From assembly GCA_963816145.1 (NCBI GenBank), contig CAWFJP010000012.1, positions 32,001 to 96,000 on the forward strand: a stretch of DNA of 64,000 bases, read 5' to 3'. Below the pieces are notes generated by a model. That model was not told the DNA's origin and searched no databases. It worked only from the letters and a program-made list of their open reading frames with translations. The position numbers were made by a program, and so were the translations under genes. Shown piece after piece: positions 38,955 to 48,316 of the stretch. The DNA is from an uncultured delta proteobacterium. GTDB taxonomy: Bacteria; Desulfobacterota; Binatia; UBA9968. Each line of letters starts with the position of its first letter. The first letter of the stretch is position 1.

Positions 38955-39779
38955 ATGGCGGCTAAGAAATCAACTGGAATCACCGCGACCATGATCAAAT
39001 TCGGCGGCGGCATCAGCGCGGCGCGCGCGCTGCCCAAGGCCAAAGGCAAGCGGCCGGCGGTGATCATCCTCCATGAGCGTTACGGCATCGATCAACATAC
39101 CAAAGATCTGACCGCCAAATTGGCGCAAGCGGGTTTTGTCGGATTGGCGCCGGACTTGTTTCATCGCTTCACCGGCGACCGTAAAGCGGTTTTGCGCGGT
39201 GAGCAAAGAGTCGATCTGTCCGACGACGGCGCCCTAGCCGATCTCAACGCCGCGGTGGATTACTTAAAAAGGTTGAAAGAAGTCGACCCGACGCGCATCG
39301 GGATCATCGGCGTTTGTCAGACCGGCCGGCAGCCGGTGCTGCTGGCGGCCAAGCGTAACGATATTGCCGGAGCCGTGGTGCTTTATGGCGCCATCGGCGG
39401 ACGGGAGTGGCAAGGCAACGATCTGCGGCCGACGCCCATCGAAGACTTGGTCGCCCAGGTGAACTGTCCGGTGCTGGGGATTTTCGGCGAGGCGGATCAT
39501 ATTATATCCGTCGATGATGTCGCCCGAATCCGCAACTGCTTCGAGAAATTCAGGAAGAGCTGCCATATCCGGATTTATCGCGACGCGCCCCACGGCTGGC
39601 TCAACGACACCATGCCGGGGCGCTACCGCAAGGAGGCCGCCAACGATGCTTGGAAGCTGATGATGGGGTTTCTCAAAAAGTGTTTCGCCGGCGGCTGGGA
39701 CGCCACTCGTATTTTCTGCACTTACGAGAGCGACTATGCGACGACTTACGACTTCAAGAAAAATGTGCGCATGGAATAG
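38955..39779 (+). CDS. Dienelactone hydrolase family protein
   Basis: LHERYG, APDLF, GVCQTG (Cys nucleophile), GEAD, PHGW. Upstream TTGACT-18-TAAGCT and a GGAGG RBS. Confidence 0.88.
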   Translation: MAAKKSTGITATMIKFGGGISAARALPKAKGKRPAVIILHERYGIDQHTKDLTAKLAQAGFVGLAPDLFHRFTGDRKAVLRGEQRVDLSDDGALADLNAAVDYLKRLKEVDPTRIGIIGVCQTGRQPVLLAAKRNDIAGAVVLYGAIGGREWQGNDLRPTPIEDLVAQVNCPVLGIFGEADHIISVDDVARIRNCFEKFRKSCHIRIYRDAPHGWLNDTMPGRYRKEAANDAWKLMMGFLKKCFAGGWDATRIFCTYESDYATTYDFKKNVRME

Positions 39780-39794
39780 CCAGAGGTTAGCGCC

Positions 39795-40760
39795 ATGAAT
39801 TTGCCACGAAGCAATCATACTAGACTTGCGGCGGTGCTGACTGGGTTCGCCTTGCGGTTAATCTTCGCCGGCGATGCAGTGATCGCGGCGGAGCGCGTGT
39901 CGATAGCCACACCGAGCCGCGGCTTATTTGAGTTTCCCGTGGTCGTAGCGATGCGCAAAGGATTTTACAAAGCTGAAGGCATTGACGTCGACAAGGTGCA
40001 GATGCAGCCCACATTGGGCGTTCAGGCCCTGGTCGCCGGCGATGTCGATTATTTGCTGGCTTGGGGCTCGGCCTTGCGTGCGGCGGTCACCGGCGTACCG
40101 GTCAAGAACGTCGTCGGCATCGCCAGTCGGCCGCTGCATGTGTTGATCGCACGCCCCGGCATCCAATCGCCCCAGGATCTCAGGAACAAAGTTATCGGCG
40201 TCGACTCGGTGGCCGGCACCGTCGATTATCTATCCCGCGTGGCGGTGCGCCATTTCGGCATGGAGCCGGACAAGGACGTTAAGATTATCGTCACCGGCGA
40301 GAGCCCGACGCGCTTGGCCGCGCTGCGCAGCGGCGCCATCGACGCCACACCCATCGATGTCGCATTTGCCGTGAAAGCCGAAGACGAAGGATTCCGGCGC
40401 ATGATTTATCTGGGCGATCTGATCGAATTGCCGTTGTCGGGAATGGCAGTCACCGATCACAAACTGCAAACCCAACGCGATCAAGTGCGCCGCATGGTGC
40501 GAGCGACGGTGCGCGGCACGCGCTACTTCAAACAAAACCGTAGCGAGACAGTGCAGATGCTCGCTGACTATCTGCGCATCACGCCGGCACAGGCCGCTAA
40601 AGCCTATGACACCTCACTCAATTCCTTCACCGACGACGGCATGATCTCGGACAAGGGGGTTTTGCTCGATGTCCAACTCACCAAAGAGCGGTTGAAGATG
40701 ACCAAGGATATTCCGCTCAGTCAGTTGGTGGATTGGAGTTTGGTGCGGGAGATCAAATGA
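39795..40760 (+). CDS. ABC transporter substrate-binding protein, NMT1/SsuA-like
   Basis: KGFYKAEGID, ALVAGDVD, DLRNKVIGV, ALRSGAIDA. Confidence 0.88.
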   Translation: MNLPRSNHTRLAAVLTGFALRLIFAGDAVIAAERVSIATPSRGLFEFPVVVAMRKGFYKAEGIDVDKVQMQPTLGVQALVAGDVDYLLAWGSALRAAVTGVPVKNVVGIASRPLHVLIARPGIQSPQDLRNKVIGVDSVAGTVDYLSRVAVRHFGMEPDKDVKIIVTGESPTRLAALRSGAIDATPIDVAFAVKAEDEGFRRMIYLGDLIELPLSGMAVTDHKLQTQRDQVRRMVRATVRGTRYFKQNRSETVQMLADYLRITPAQAAKAYDTSLNSFTDDGMISDKGVLLDVQLTKERLKMTKDIPLSQLVDWSLVREIK

Positions 40761-40977
40761 TCGAGCACTCGGGGGCGGAAGCGGCAGCGGCAGCCCCTTG
40801 GACTTTCCTATTTCCGACTCTTTCACTTCACAACAGAAGAGTTAGACTTTAACGGGTTAAACGCCATCGCGACCAACCGGTAGCGTTGCATCAGAGTCCT
40901 CTGAAGAAATATAACCGATGCAAGAATCAGGACAATTGTCTTCGAATGTTATCAAACCCAAGAAGGAGCATGACAAA

Positions 40978-41637
40978 ATGAAAAGAAAAATATTTTTGAT
41001 TGGCGCGGTGGTATTTGCAGCGTGTCTGGTCGCCGGCGGTGCTCATGCCAACTATCAGGACGATGTCGACCAGGCTGTGGCAATTATTGAAAGCTTTCAG
41101 AAAATCCCTGAGCAGGGCATTCCAACCGCGGTCCTGCGCAATGCCCGAGGTCTGGCGATCATGACCGTTACCAAGGCGGGATTTATCGTTAGCGGCAGAG
41201 GCGGTAAAGGTATTGTCATCGCCCGAACCGATACGGGCTGGAGCGGTCCTTCGGCGATCGGCACGGGAGGGATGGGCTTTGGCTTTCAAGCCGGAGCTCA
41301 GGTCTCTGAAATTGTGATTATTCTCAACACCCCTGCGGCGGTGGAAGCATTTACAAAAGACGGCGACGTTACCCTTGGGGGCAATTTGAGCATAACGGCA
41401 GGCCCCATCGGGCGCGATGCCGAAGCTAGAGTGGGATTGCAATCGGTCATGTTCTCATACAGCCGCAGCCAGGGAGTTTTCGGCGGCCTTTCGATCGAAG
41501 GCACGGTGGTGGCCACGCGCAAAGACGACAATGCGGCCTATTACGGCAAGCCCGTAGAGGCGAAAGACATTCTTGCGGGCAAGGTGCCAGCGCCGGCAGG
41601 TGCTAGCAAATTGCGGCAAATTCTCTCGAAATGGTAA
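40978..41637 (+). CDS. Lipid-binding SYLF (Ysc84) domain protein
   Basis: Signal peptide, KAGFIVSGRGG.G, GWSGPS, GFQAGAQ, SYSRSQG.FGGLSIEG, NAAYYG. AAGGAG RBS. Confidence 0.9.
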   Translation: MKRKIFLIGAVVFAACLVAGGAHANYQDDVDQAVAIIESFQKIPEQGIPTAVLRNARGLAIMTVTKAGFIVSGRGGKGIVIARTDTGWSGPSAIGTGGMGFGFQAGAQVSEIVIILNTPAAVEAFTKDGDVTLGGNLSITAGPIGRDAEARVGLQSVMFSYSRSQGVFGGLSIEGTVVATRKDDNAAYYGKPVEAKDILAGKVPAPAGASKLRQILSKW

Positions 41638-41862
41638 GCCGTCGATGGGCCGCGGGGCAAACTCTAGGTTCTGGACTTGCCGGACGGCGCGCGTCGTCCG
41701 CGCAAATGCATCGATTTCGGCTAGTGCTGGTCGAATAAGTCGCGCTTAAGCTGAATTATAGCGGGCTATACCCACTGATTTAGCCTGACGTGACGCGATA
41801 GATGCACGACCGATCTAGACCGACGTCAACGTCGCAATAGACACCCATGCCGCCGAGTTTGC

Positions 41863-42030
41863 GATACCTCACTCAATTCTTGCACCGACGACGGCTTGAT
41901 CTCGGACGACGGTGTCAATCTCGACGTTCGATTAATCAAGAAGCGGCTCGAGATGACCAAGGAAATTCCCCTGAGCCAGTTGGTGGATTGGAATTTGGTA
42001 AGAAACCAAGAGAGATTGTTATTCGCCTAG
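41863..42030 (+). pseudogene. Degenerate duplicate of the 3' end of the SBP gene 39795-40760
   Basis: Translates DTSLNSCTDDGLISDDGVNLDVRLIKKRLEMTKEIPLSQLVDWNLVR, against DTSLNSFTDDGMISDKGVLLDVQLTKERLKMTKDIPLSQLVDWSLVR at 40608-40760. No in-frame start upstream. Confidence 0.85.
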
Positions 42031-42078
42031 CAAGAAGTTCGACAAAACTCTTTTCAACGTACGGTCGGTGGAGGCTCC

Positions 42079-42465
42079 ATGTTAACCGGTTCATGTCTAT
42101 GTGGCGGTGTGAAATACGAAATTGACGGTGAACTGGGTCCCGTAACCAATTGTCATTGTAGCTTGTGCCGCAAGATGTCGGGGTCGGCGTTCGCCAGCGG
42201 GGCGGCGATTCCTGCGGCTTCGTTTCGGTTCACCGCCGGACAAGACTTGCTCAAGGAATGGCAGTCGTCGCCCGGCAACCACCGGGTGTTTTGCGGCCGC
42301 TGTGGCACGCCATTAATCAAACGCAAAGATAAAGATACGAGCACACTGCGGTTTCGCCCCGGCAGTTTGGATAGCGATCCGGGCGTGAAAATTTCCAAGC
42401 ATCTTCACGTTAGCTCGAAGGCGCCGTGGGTCGAGATCAAGGATGGCTTGCCGCAGTCGGGGTAA
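42079..42465 (+). CDS. GFA/CENP-V family Zn-binding protein
   Basis: GSCLCG, CHCSLCRK, FCGRCGT. GGAGG RBS. Confidence 0.92.
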   Translation: MLTGSCLCGGVKYEIDGELGPVTNCHCSLCRKMSGSAFASGAAIPAASFRFTAGQDLLKEWQSSPGNHRVFCGRCGTPLIKRKDKDTSTLRFRPGSLDSDPGVKISKHLHVSSKAPWVEIKDGLPQSG

Positions 42466-42537
42466 CGGGTAGTTGTCAGCAGTCAGTGATCAGCTATCAA
42501 CCGGGAAAAGATACCTCATCAATTTGCAACGATTCGC

Positions 42538-43119
42538 TTGAAACTTTCTCGCTCATTCTACGAACAGCCAACTATTGATGTTGCCAGGCAACTGCTGGGT
42601 AAGTTTCTCATTCACCGCCATGCCGATGCCACTTTGGTCGGACGGATTGTCGAGACTGAGGCGTACCTCGGTCCGCACGATCTGGCATGTCACGCGGCCA
42701 AAGGAAGAACCAAGCGGACCGAGGTGATGTTTGGCGCCGCGGGTCATGCGTATGTCTACTTCATCTACGGATTTTACAACATGCTCAATTTGGTTACGGA
42801 AGCGAAAGATTACCCCGCCGCGGTTCTGATCCGAGCGGTGGAGCCGGTGTGCGGGATTGAGGTCATGAAGCGACATCGAAAGAGCGGCCTGTTGCCCAAT
42901 CTCGCCAGCGGCCCGGGCAAACTTTGCCAAGCGTTTGCCATCGACCGTGCGCTCAATGGCCAGGATATCTGCGGCAAGATTCTTTACCTGGAAGACCGCG
43001 GTGAACCGACACCGAAGTTCGACGCGACACCGCGCATCGGCGTCGATTACGCCGGCAAGTGGAAAGATAAGCCGTTACGTTTCGCGGTTCGCGATAACAA
43101 GTTTGTCTCGAAGCCTTGA
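42538..43119 (+). CDS. mpg: DNA-3-methyladenine glycosylase (MPG/AAG)
   Basis: GRIVETEAY, YVYFIYG, AVLIRAVEP, SGPGKLC, PRIGV. Confidence 0.93.
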   Translation: MKLSRSFYEQPTIDVARQLLGKFLIHRHADATLVGRIVETEAYLGPHDLACHAAKGRTKRTEVMFGAAGHAYVYFIYGFYNMLNLVTEAKDYPAAVLIRAVEPVCGIEVMKRHRKSGLLPNLASGPGKLCQAFAIDRALNGQDICGKILYLEDRGEPTPKFDATPRIGVDYAGKWKDKPLRFAVRDNKFVSKP

Positions 43120-43141
43120 TAGTTTGTTGCCAACGATTTTT

Positions 43142-43615
43142 ATGGAGAAGTACCTCGTCAGAATCGACAATAGTCCTGAGCGCCTGGTCGAGGCCGGGCC
43201 GCTGGTCCAGGGCAGTTGGAGCCGGCAGCATGATGATCTCGGTCGAGAGATCCGCGGCGAGTTTCTCATCGACACCGGAGCCTACGGCGCGATGATCGAT
43301 CTTGCAGTTGCTGAGATGTTGCAACTCTCGCCGCTGGGCACGCGGGCGGTGCATGGCATTCACGGCTACGGCACCCTGCAACTTTACTTGGGCCGCGTGT
43401 TCTTACCTGCCGTGGACTCAGATGGTAGGTCAACGATGTATACGTCCGTGCTGGAATGTGTCGGTGTGCCATCCTTGCGCGAGAAAAGTTTCGAGCACCG
43501 CGCCGATGTGATCGGCATTCTCGGCCGGGTGTTCTTGCGCAATGCCAGTGTCACGGTCGATAATCTATCGGGAAAACTGGAATTGGTAATCGTTGGCGAC
43601 GGGAATCGCGACTAA
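43142..43615 (+). CDS. Single-domain retropepsin-like (clan AA) aspartyl protease
   Basis: FLIDTGA catalytic motif and C-terminal ILGRVFL. Likely start is ATG 43142. Confidence 0.7.
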   Translation: MEKYLVRIDNSPERLVEAGPLVQGSWSRQHDDLGREIRGEFLIDTGAYGAMIDLAVAEMLQLSPLGTRAVHGIHGYGTLQLYLGRVFLPAVDSDGRSTMYTSVLECVGVPSLREKSFEHRADVIGILGRVFLRNASVTVDNLSGKLELVIVGDGNRD

Positions 43616-43621
43616 ACAATC

Positions 43622-44239
43622 ATGAACTCGAAAACCATCTACGTCGACCTTGACGATGTCTTGTGCGAAACGGCGCGCCATTTTCTCGTCGTCGTCGAGC
43701 GCGAATTCAACAAGCGGATCGCCTACGAAGAACTGACCGATTTCGACATCGGTTCGTCCTGCGGCCTCGAGCCGGCGCAGACCGACGAGTTGTACCGCAT
43801 CGTCCATCGGCCGGACGAGCTCATGCAGATGGCACCCATCGACGGCGCGATCTCGACGCTTCAGCAATGGGCGAACGCCGGCTATGAGATCGCCATCGTC
43901 ACCGGCAGGCCGCCCGATTCTTACGAGCCGTCTTTAGCATGGCTGACGCGTCACCGTGTGCCGTACGCATCTTTTAGCATGGTCGATAAGTATTCGCGTT
44001 TTGCCACTGACAATACCGTGGCAATTCGCCTCGGTGAGTTAGCGCAGCGGGAATACTGCTGGGCGGTCGAAGATTCCTTGCCGATGGCGGAGTTTCTCGC
44101 GACTCGGATGAAGCTACCCGTGGCTTTAATAGATTGCCCATGGAATCGCGCCAGCGATGGTCACGCTAACGTCGGACGCTACGCCGATTGGCCGACGCTG
44201 GCGCGGCAGATGCCGAGACTTAAGACACAAGGCGATTGA
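43622..44239 (+). CDS. HAD-superfamily 5'(3')-deoxyribonucleotidase-like protein
   Basis: IYVDLDDVL, IVTGRP, K, VEDS, PWN. Confidence 0.8.
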   Translation: MNSKTIYVDLDDVLCETARHFLVVVEREFNKRIAYEELTDFDIGSSCGLEPAQTDELYRIVHRPDELMQMAPIDGAISTLQQWANAGYEIAIVTGRPPDSYEPSLAWLTRHRVPYASFSMVDKYSRFATDNTVAIRLGELAQREYCWAVEDSLPMAEFLATRMKLPVALIDCPWNRASDGHANVGRYADWPTLARQMPRLKTQGD

Positions 44240-44244
44240 CCGCA

Positions 44245-44435
44245 AAGTGTTCATGTCTTTACGGTCGTCTGCAGAGTATGAAAATTCACGCCACCCCTCC
44301 ATGGGTTTGTTCATTGACCCGTCATGCCGGCGGAGGCCGGCATCCAGGGGAGGGGATGGATACCGGCTTTCGCCGGTATGACGGAACCCTCGTGGCAATT
44401 CGTTGCGCAGATCACACCCGCACATATATTTTCGA
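44245..44435 (+). repeat. About 190-bp MITE-like composite element with a GTCAT...ATGAC core (44321-44382)
   Basis: Collinear with the reverse complement of about 55684-55875, including AAGTGTTCATG..TTACGGTCGTCTGCA.AGTATGAAA outside the palindromic core. Confidence 0.8.
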
Positions 44436-44524
44436 AAGAGAACGCATAAGGGCGCAAGGAAGAATAAGCCATGTGGTACTTATCCGAGACGATTATGTGC
44501 CGGAGTAATTAGGGAGCGGTTCCA

Positions 44525-45091
44525 ATGCACAGCGATACGACTTATTCACTGGCAAGGTTTGTCGCCGATCTGCGGTCGATCACCGCGGCCACGGCGTATG
44601 AAACAGATGTCCTCCGCAAGGTTGCGCCGTTGGCCGAGCGCTTGGCCGCTAGTCCTGGCTTGAGGCGGGAACCGGCGATTCATTCAAACGTTGAAAAAGG
44701 CTTCAGCTTCAATCTGCTCCATGAAGAGCCGGATCACTCGCTCGCGGTCGTGATATTGAGCTGGTTGCCGAGCGGCGCGACGCTGCCGCACAATCATGGC
44801 ACCTGGGGGATTGTCGTCGGACTCGAAGGCGCCGAGAAGAACATCTTTTGGCGGCGTCTCGACGACGGCAGCCGCGCCGGCTATGCGGAACTCGAAAGGG
44901 TCGGTGAAATGGACTGCGTTCTTGGCCAGGCGGTGGTCTTGCCGAGTCCGACGATTCACAGCGTGGAGAACACGACGGCACAACCGAGCCTATCGCTACA
45001 CGTGTATGGCAAGAATGTTTACTACACCGGACGGTCGCAGTTCGATGTCGTCAACAAGCGCGAGCTTCCATGGGGCAAAAGTGCTTCGTGA
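44525..45091 (+). CDS. Cysteine-dioxygenase-like cupin
   Basis: WLPSGATLPHNHGTW, IHSVEN, SLHVYG. Confidence 0.82.
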   Translation: MHSDTTYSLARFVADLRSITAATAYETDVLRKVAPLAERLAASPGLRREPAIHSNVEKGFSFNLLHEEPDHSLAVVILSWLPSGATLPHNHGTWGIVVGLEGAEKNIFWRRLDDGSRAGYAELERVGEMDCVLGQAVVLPSPTIHSVENTTAQPSLSLHVYGKNVYYTGRSQFDVVNKRELPWGKSAS

Positions 45092-45110
45092 ATGATGGAG
45101 GTAGTCAAAC

Positions 45111-46118
45111 ATGATGACCGTACTGACCGTGGCTATGATGTTTTTCCTAAGTCTGAGCGCGCCCAGCCTCGCTGCCGACGCCGATGGGCAACAGCGGTTG
45201 CTCATCGAATCGGCGCGCAAAGAAGCTAAAATGATTTTTTACACATCGGTGGAGACCGAGTTTGCCCGCTCGCTGACCAGCGCGTTCGAGTCCAAATACC
45301 CCTTTATCAAGACCGACATTTTTCGCTCGACCCATGACAAAATCCTTAGCCGCATGAACATCGAGCGGCAGACCAGCACTTACGTCGCCGATGTGGTCAG
45401 CGTCGGTGAATTCGAGACCTATCACATGCAAAAAAAAGGCTTTCTTCAGCCCTACAAGTCACCCAATGCCGCGGTCTATCCCGAGGGGTTCAAAGACCCC
45501 AACGGTTACTGGACCGATCTCTACGACAACCTGATCGTCACGGCCTACAACACGAATCGAGTCAAACGCGACGAGTTGCCGAAACGCTGGGAGGACTTGC
45601 TCCATCCGCGCTGGAAGGGACGCATGGTGCTCGACCAGAACGAAGATCGCTGGTTTGCCAACATGATCCATTTCATGGGTGAGAAGAGAGGCATAGAGTT
45701 CATGCAGGCATTAGCGAAGCAAGAGGTCGCCATCCGCAGCGGCCGATCACTGATTACTCAATTGTTGAGCGCGGGTGAATTCGACTTGCAGATCGTTGCT
45801 TACTGGTACCGGCCTTACCTGATGAAAAAACAGGGCGCGCCAGTGGATTGGCTGGGATTGGAGCCGGCGATCGTCGCGCTGCATCCGATCAGCATCGTTG
45901 AGAGAGCGCCGCATTCCAGCGCCGCGCGTTTGTTCATTGATTTCGCTCTATCGGATGAAGGCCAGAGGGTTTTTCTCAAGCGCGGCCGCGAACCGGCCAT
46001 GCCTGGGCTTAGACCGGAAGGTTATCCGAGTCAGCTAAAAATGTTTCCCAGCCGGGTCCAGCTGGCCGAAAAACTCGACGACTACAGCCGGCAGTATCGC
46101 GCTCTGTTCGTGCGCTGA
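45111..46118 (+). CDS. ABC transporter substrate-binding protein (AfuA-like)
   Basis: ARKEAKMIFYTS, PKRWEDLLHPRWKG, GAPVDW, APHSSAARLFIDF. GGAGG RBS. Confidence 0.88.
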   Translation: MMTVLTVAMMFFLSLSAPSLAADADGQQRLLIESARKEAKMIFYTSVETEFARSLTSAFESKYPFIKTDIFRSTHDKILSRMNIERQTSTYVADVVSVGEFETYHMQKKGFLQPYKSPNAAVYPEGFKDPNGYWTDLYDNLIVTAYNTNRVKRDELPKRWEDLLHPRWKGRMVLDQNEDRWFANMIHFMGEKRGIEFMQALAKQEVAIRSGRSLITQLLSAGEFDLQIVAYWYRPYLMKKQGAPVDWLGLEPAIVALHPISIVERAPHSSAARLFIDFALSDEGQRVFLKRGREPAMPGLRPEGYPSQLKMFPSRVQLAEKLDDYSRQYRALFVR

Positions 46119-46182
46119 AAGCAGGTTAAAGTCGCTTTCGGGGGTGGTTGAAATCCCTCGCCTTCACGCGAAGAGAGGATTT

Positions 46183-46266
46183 GTCATGCCGGCGAAGGCC
46201 GGCATCCATCTTCGGTTTCGTTGGCAGGCCAAAGAAAACCTGGATTCCGGCCTACGCCGGAATGAC
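46183..46266. repeat. GTCAT...ATGAC double-hairpin REP-like element
   Basis: GTCATGCCGGCGAAGGCCGGCATCCA ... TGGATTCCGGCCTACGCCGGAATGAC. Shares a downstream TCGACTT..AGT.GACG tail with the 27086 copy. Confidence 0.85.
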
Positions 46267-46339
46267 CAAACGAAGAGTCGACTTCTAGTCGACGAATTGA
46301 GAACTCCTCGGCTTGGAGCCGAGGGTCGTTTAGTGCGAT

Positions 46340-46786
46340 TCAACTCAGCGGCGCGCCGCTCTTCGAGTGGCGCTCGGTCAATTCCAAGAGATAACCATCG
46401 GGATCCTGGATGAAGGCGACGTGATCCTGACTGCCGGGACGATTGGGCTGCGGTCCGAGGGTGAATTTCACGCCTTCGGCTTTGAGTTTTTCGCTCAACT
46501 TGTAGAGATCGGAAACATACAGGGCAATGTGACCGTACCATTTGGGCATCGCCGGCACATGGCCGGGGCCGCCGGTTTCGATCAGTTCCAACCCTGGATA
46601 TTCGTCCTCTGTGCCGTAACCCAGGTAGCCAACCCGCTCGTTCTTGTCGGGGGAGGGGCGCAGGCGTTGCACGTCCATGCCCAGCAAGCGCGTGTAAAAA
46701 TCAATGCTGCGATCGAGATTGCTGACCAGCATCATCGTATGACGAATGCGAAAGGTGATGTCGCCGACGGTTTTTTCTCCTGCCAT
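46340..46786 (-). CDS. Lactoylglutathione lyase-like VOC protein
   Basis: HTMMLVSNLDRSIDFYTRLLGM, LELIE, YGHIAL, AFIQDPDGYLLEL. Confidence 0.85.
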   Translation of the reverse strand: MAGEKTVGDITFRIRHTMMLVSNLDRSIDFYTRLLGMDVQRLRPSPDKNERVGYLGYGTEDEYPGLELIETGGPGHVPAMPKWYGHIALYVSDLYKLSEKLKAEGVKFTLGPQPNRPGSQDHVAFIQDPDGYLLELTERHSKSGAPLS

Positions 46787-46931
46787 AGGTTTCTCCCGGA
46801 GCTTGGTAAATCTAAGTCCGCGCATCCATGCGCTTTGGCGGCGACAGTAGCCCAGGAGCGCGCGCGGAATCAAGCGCGGCCGAGCAGCCGCGTCGCTGGT
46901 AGGAAGGGAATCTTTTCGCGCCCCGGAAAAT

Positions 46932-47078
46932 TTAGTGATGCGCTCGGCGCTGACGCCCGGCCCAAAAAATTAATCCACCGAGAATCGCCATGGTGGGCAG
47001 CCAATTTCTCAGCGCCCACTCGGTGATCGGCCTGAGCTCGAAATAAATACGTCCAGCGAATTCCCCGATAATGTCCAT
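46932..47078 (-). CDS. Small (48 aa) single-pass membrane protein not in the ORF track
   Basis: MDIIGEFAGRIYFELRPITEWALRNWLPTMAILGGLIFWAGRQRRAHH*. GGAGGTGG RBS just upstream and TTGCAC-18-TATGCT at 47159-47130. Confidence 0.7.
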   Translation of the reverse strand: MDIIGEFAGRIYFELRPITEWALRNWLPTMAILGGLIFWAGRQRRAHH

Positions 47079-47382
47079 TAGACCACCTCCGGGTAAAGCA
47101 ATTCGTGTACGTGCTTAGGCAGTGGCGGAAGCATAGGCCCGAACGGCATGGTTGTGCAAGAGTGAACGCGCCACGGCGAGCCCGTGGGAATTACCCGTTA
47201 GCCATAGGGCTTGCCAAAACCTGCCATGGGCTGAAGTTCATGACAGAAAAACTCTGCGGATTTGCAGCAGCCGGGGCAGTTGGCTGAGGAATGGCTAAAT
47301 AATCCCCCGTAGCGATTGTCATGGTAGTACAGAGGCCTCTGACCTGACGGCGGCTTCGGCGAATTGGTAGGTTCTGGTCTGC

Positions 47383-48238
47383 TTACGACAGTGCTTTCGT
47401 GAAAGCCCGCCGCAGGAATACGCCGATCAAGTGGCGCTTGTAGTCGGCACCGCCTTCGATGTCGTCGACCGGATCGGCGGCCTGAGCTAACGCTTCGGCG
47501 GCGTTGCCGAGTTGCTTTTCCACTTGCGCCCGCGCGCCGGTGAGTAACCCATTCGCCTTGTCGGACTGAGTCGGCGCTACACTGACGCTGCCGACCACGG
47601 CGGAAGCTTTTTTAATGTTGTCGCCGTCAAGATCGAGGAGTAGCGCCAATCCCAAAGTGGGCCGTTCCTTGAGTTGGAATTTTAGATACGCGGCACGCTG
47701 GGTCTTGGTTAACACCGGTATCTCGACACCGATCAGCAGTTCGTCGCTCGCCAGAGAGGTCTCATAGGCGCCAGTGATCAGTTTATCCATCGCCACGGTT
47801 CGCGCACCGGCTTTGCCCTGGACATGGACCTTGGCGCCAAGGGCGGTCAGCAGCGTCGGCCGGATCGGAGTGGGGCTCGGCAAAGCAGAGATTGCCGCCG
47901 AGCGTGCCGCAGGCGCGCACGCGAATGTTGGCCACCTTGGTTTCCATCTCGGCCAACACCGGTAAGCTTTGCTTGACCAGCGCCGAGCGCTCGATGGCGC
48001 GGTGGGTGGCGCTGCCGCCGATCATCAGGGCACCGTTTTTCAACTCGATTTTGTTCAAGTCGGGGATGGTTTTGACGTCAACCAAGTGCTCGTAGCGCAG
48101 GAGATCATGCTTCATGGCCAGCAGCAGCTCGGTGCCGCCGGCATAGAGCCGTCCCTTCTCGCCGTACTGAGCGAGCATCTGGGAGGCTTCGCCAACGCTT
48201 TTGGGTTGATGAATCGAAAATTTTCTTAAGGGCATCAT
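47383..48238 (-). CDS. Xanthine dehydrogenase family FAD-binding (CoxM-like) subunit, frameshift near 47858
   Basis: AGGTELL and IRVRACGTLGGNL..AEPHSDP, continuing as TLLTALGA...DDIEGGADYKRHL after removing one base. Confidence 0.85.
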
Positions 48239-48316
48239 AAAACTGAAAAAGGCGGAAGGCGGAAGGCAAAAGGCGGAATGGTACTCCGGCCGATTTTATC
48301 CTTCATACTTCATCCC

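Noticed and set aside
47140-47230. Sigma54 promoter-like TGGCA...GC sequences
   Set aside because: The GG-to-GC spacing is one base short of the strict -24/-12 requirement in both candidates.
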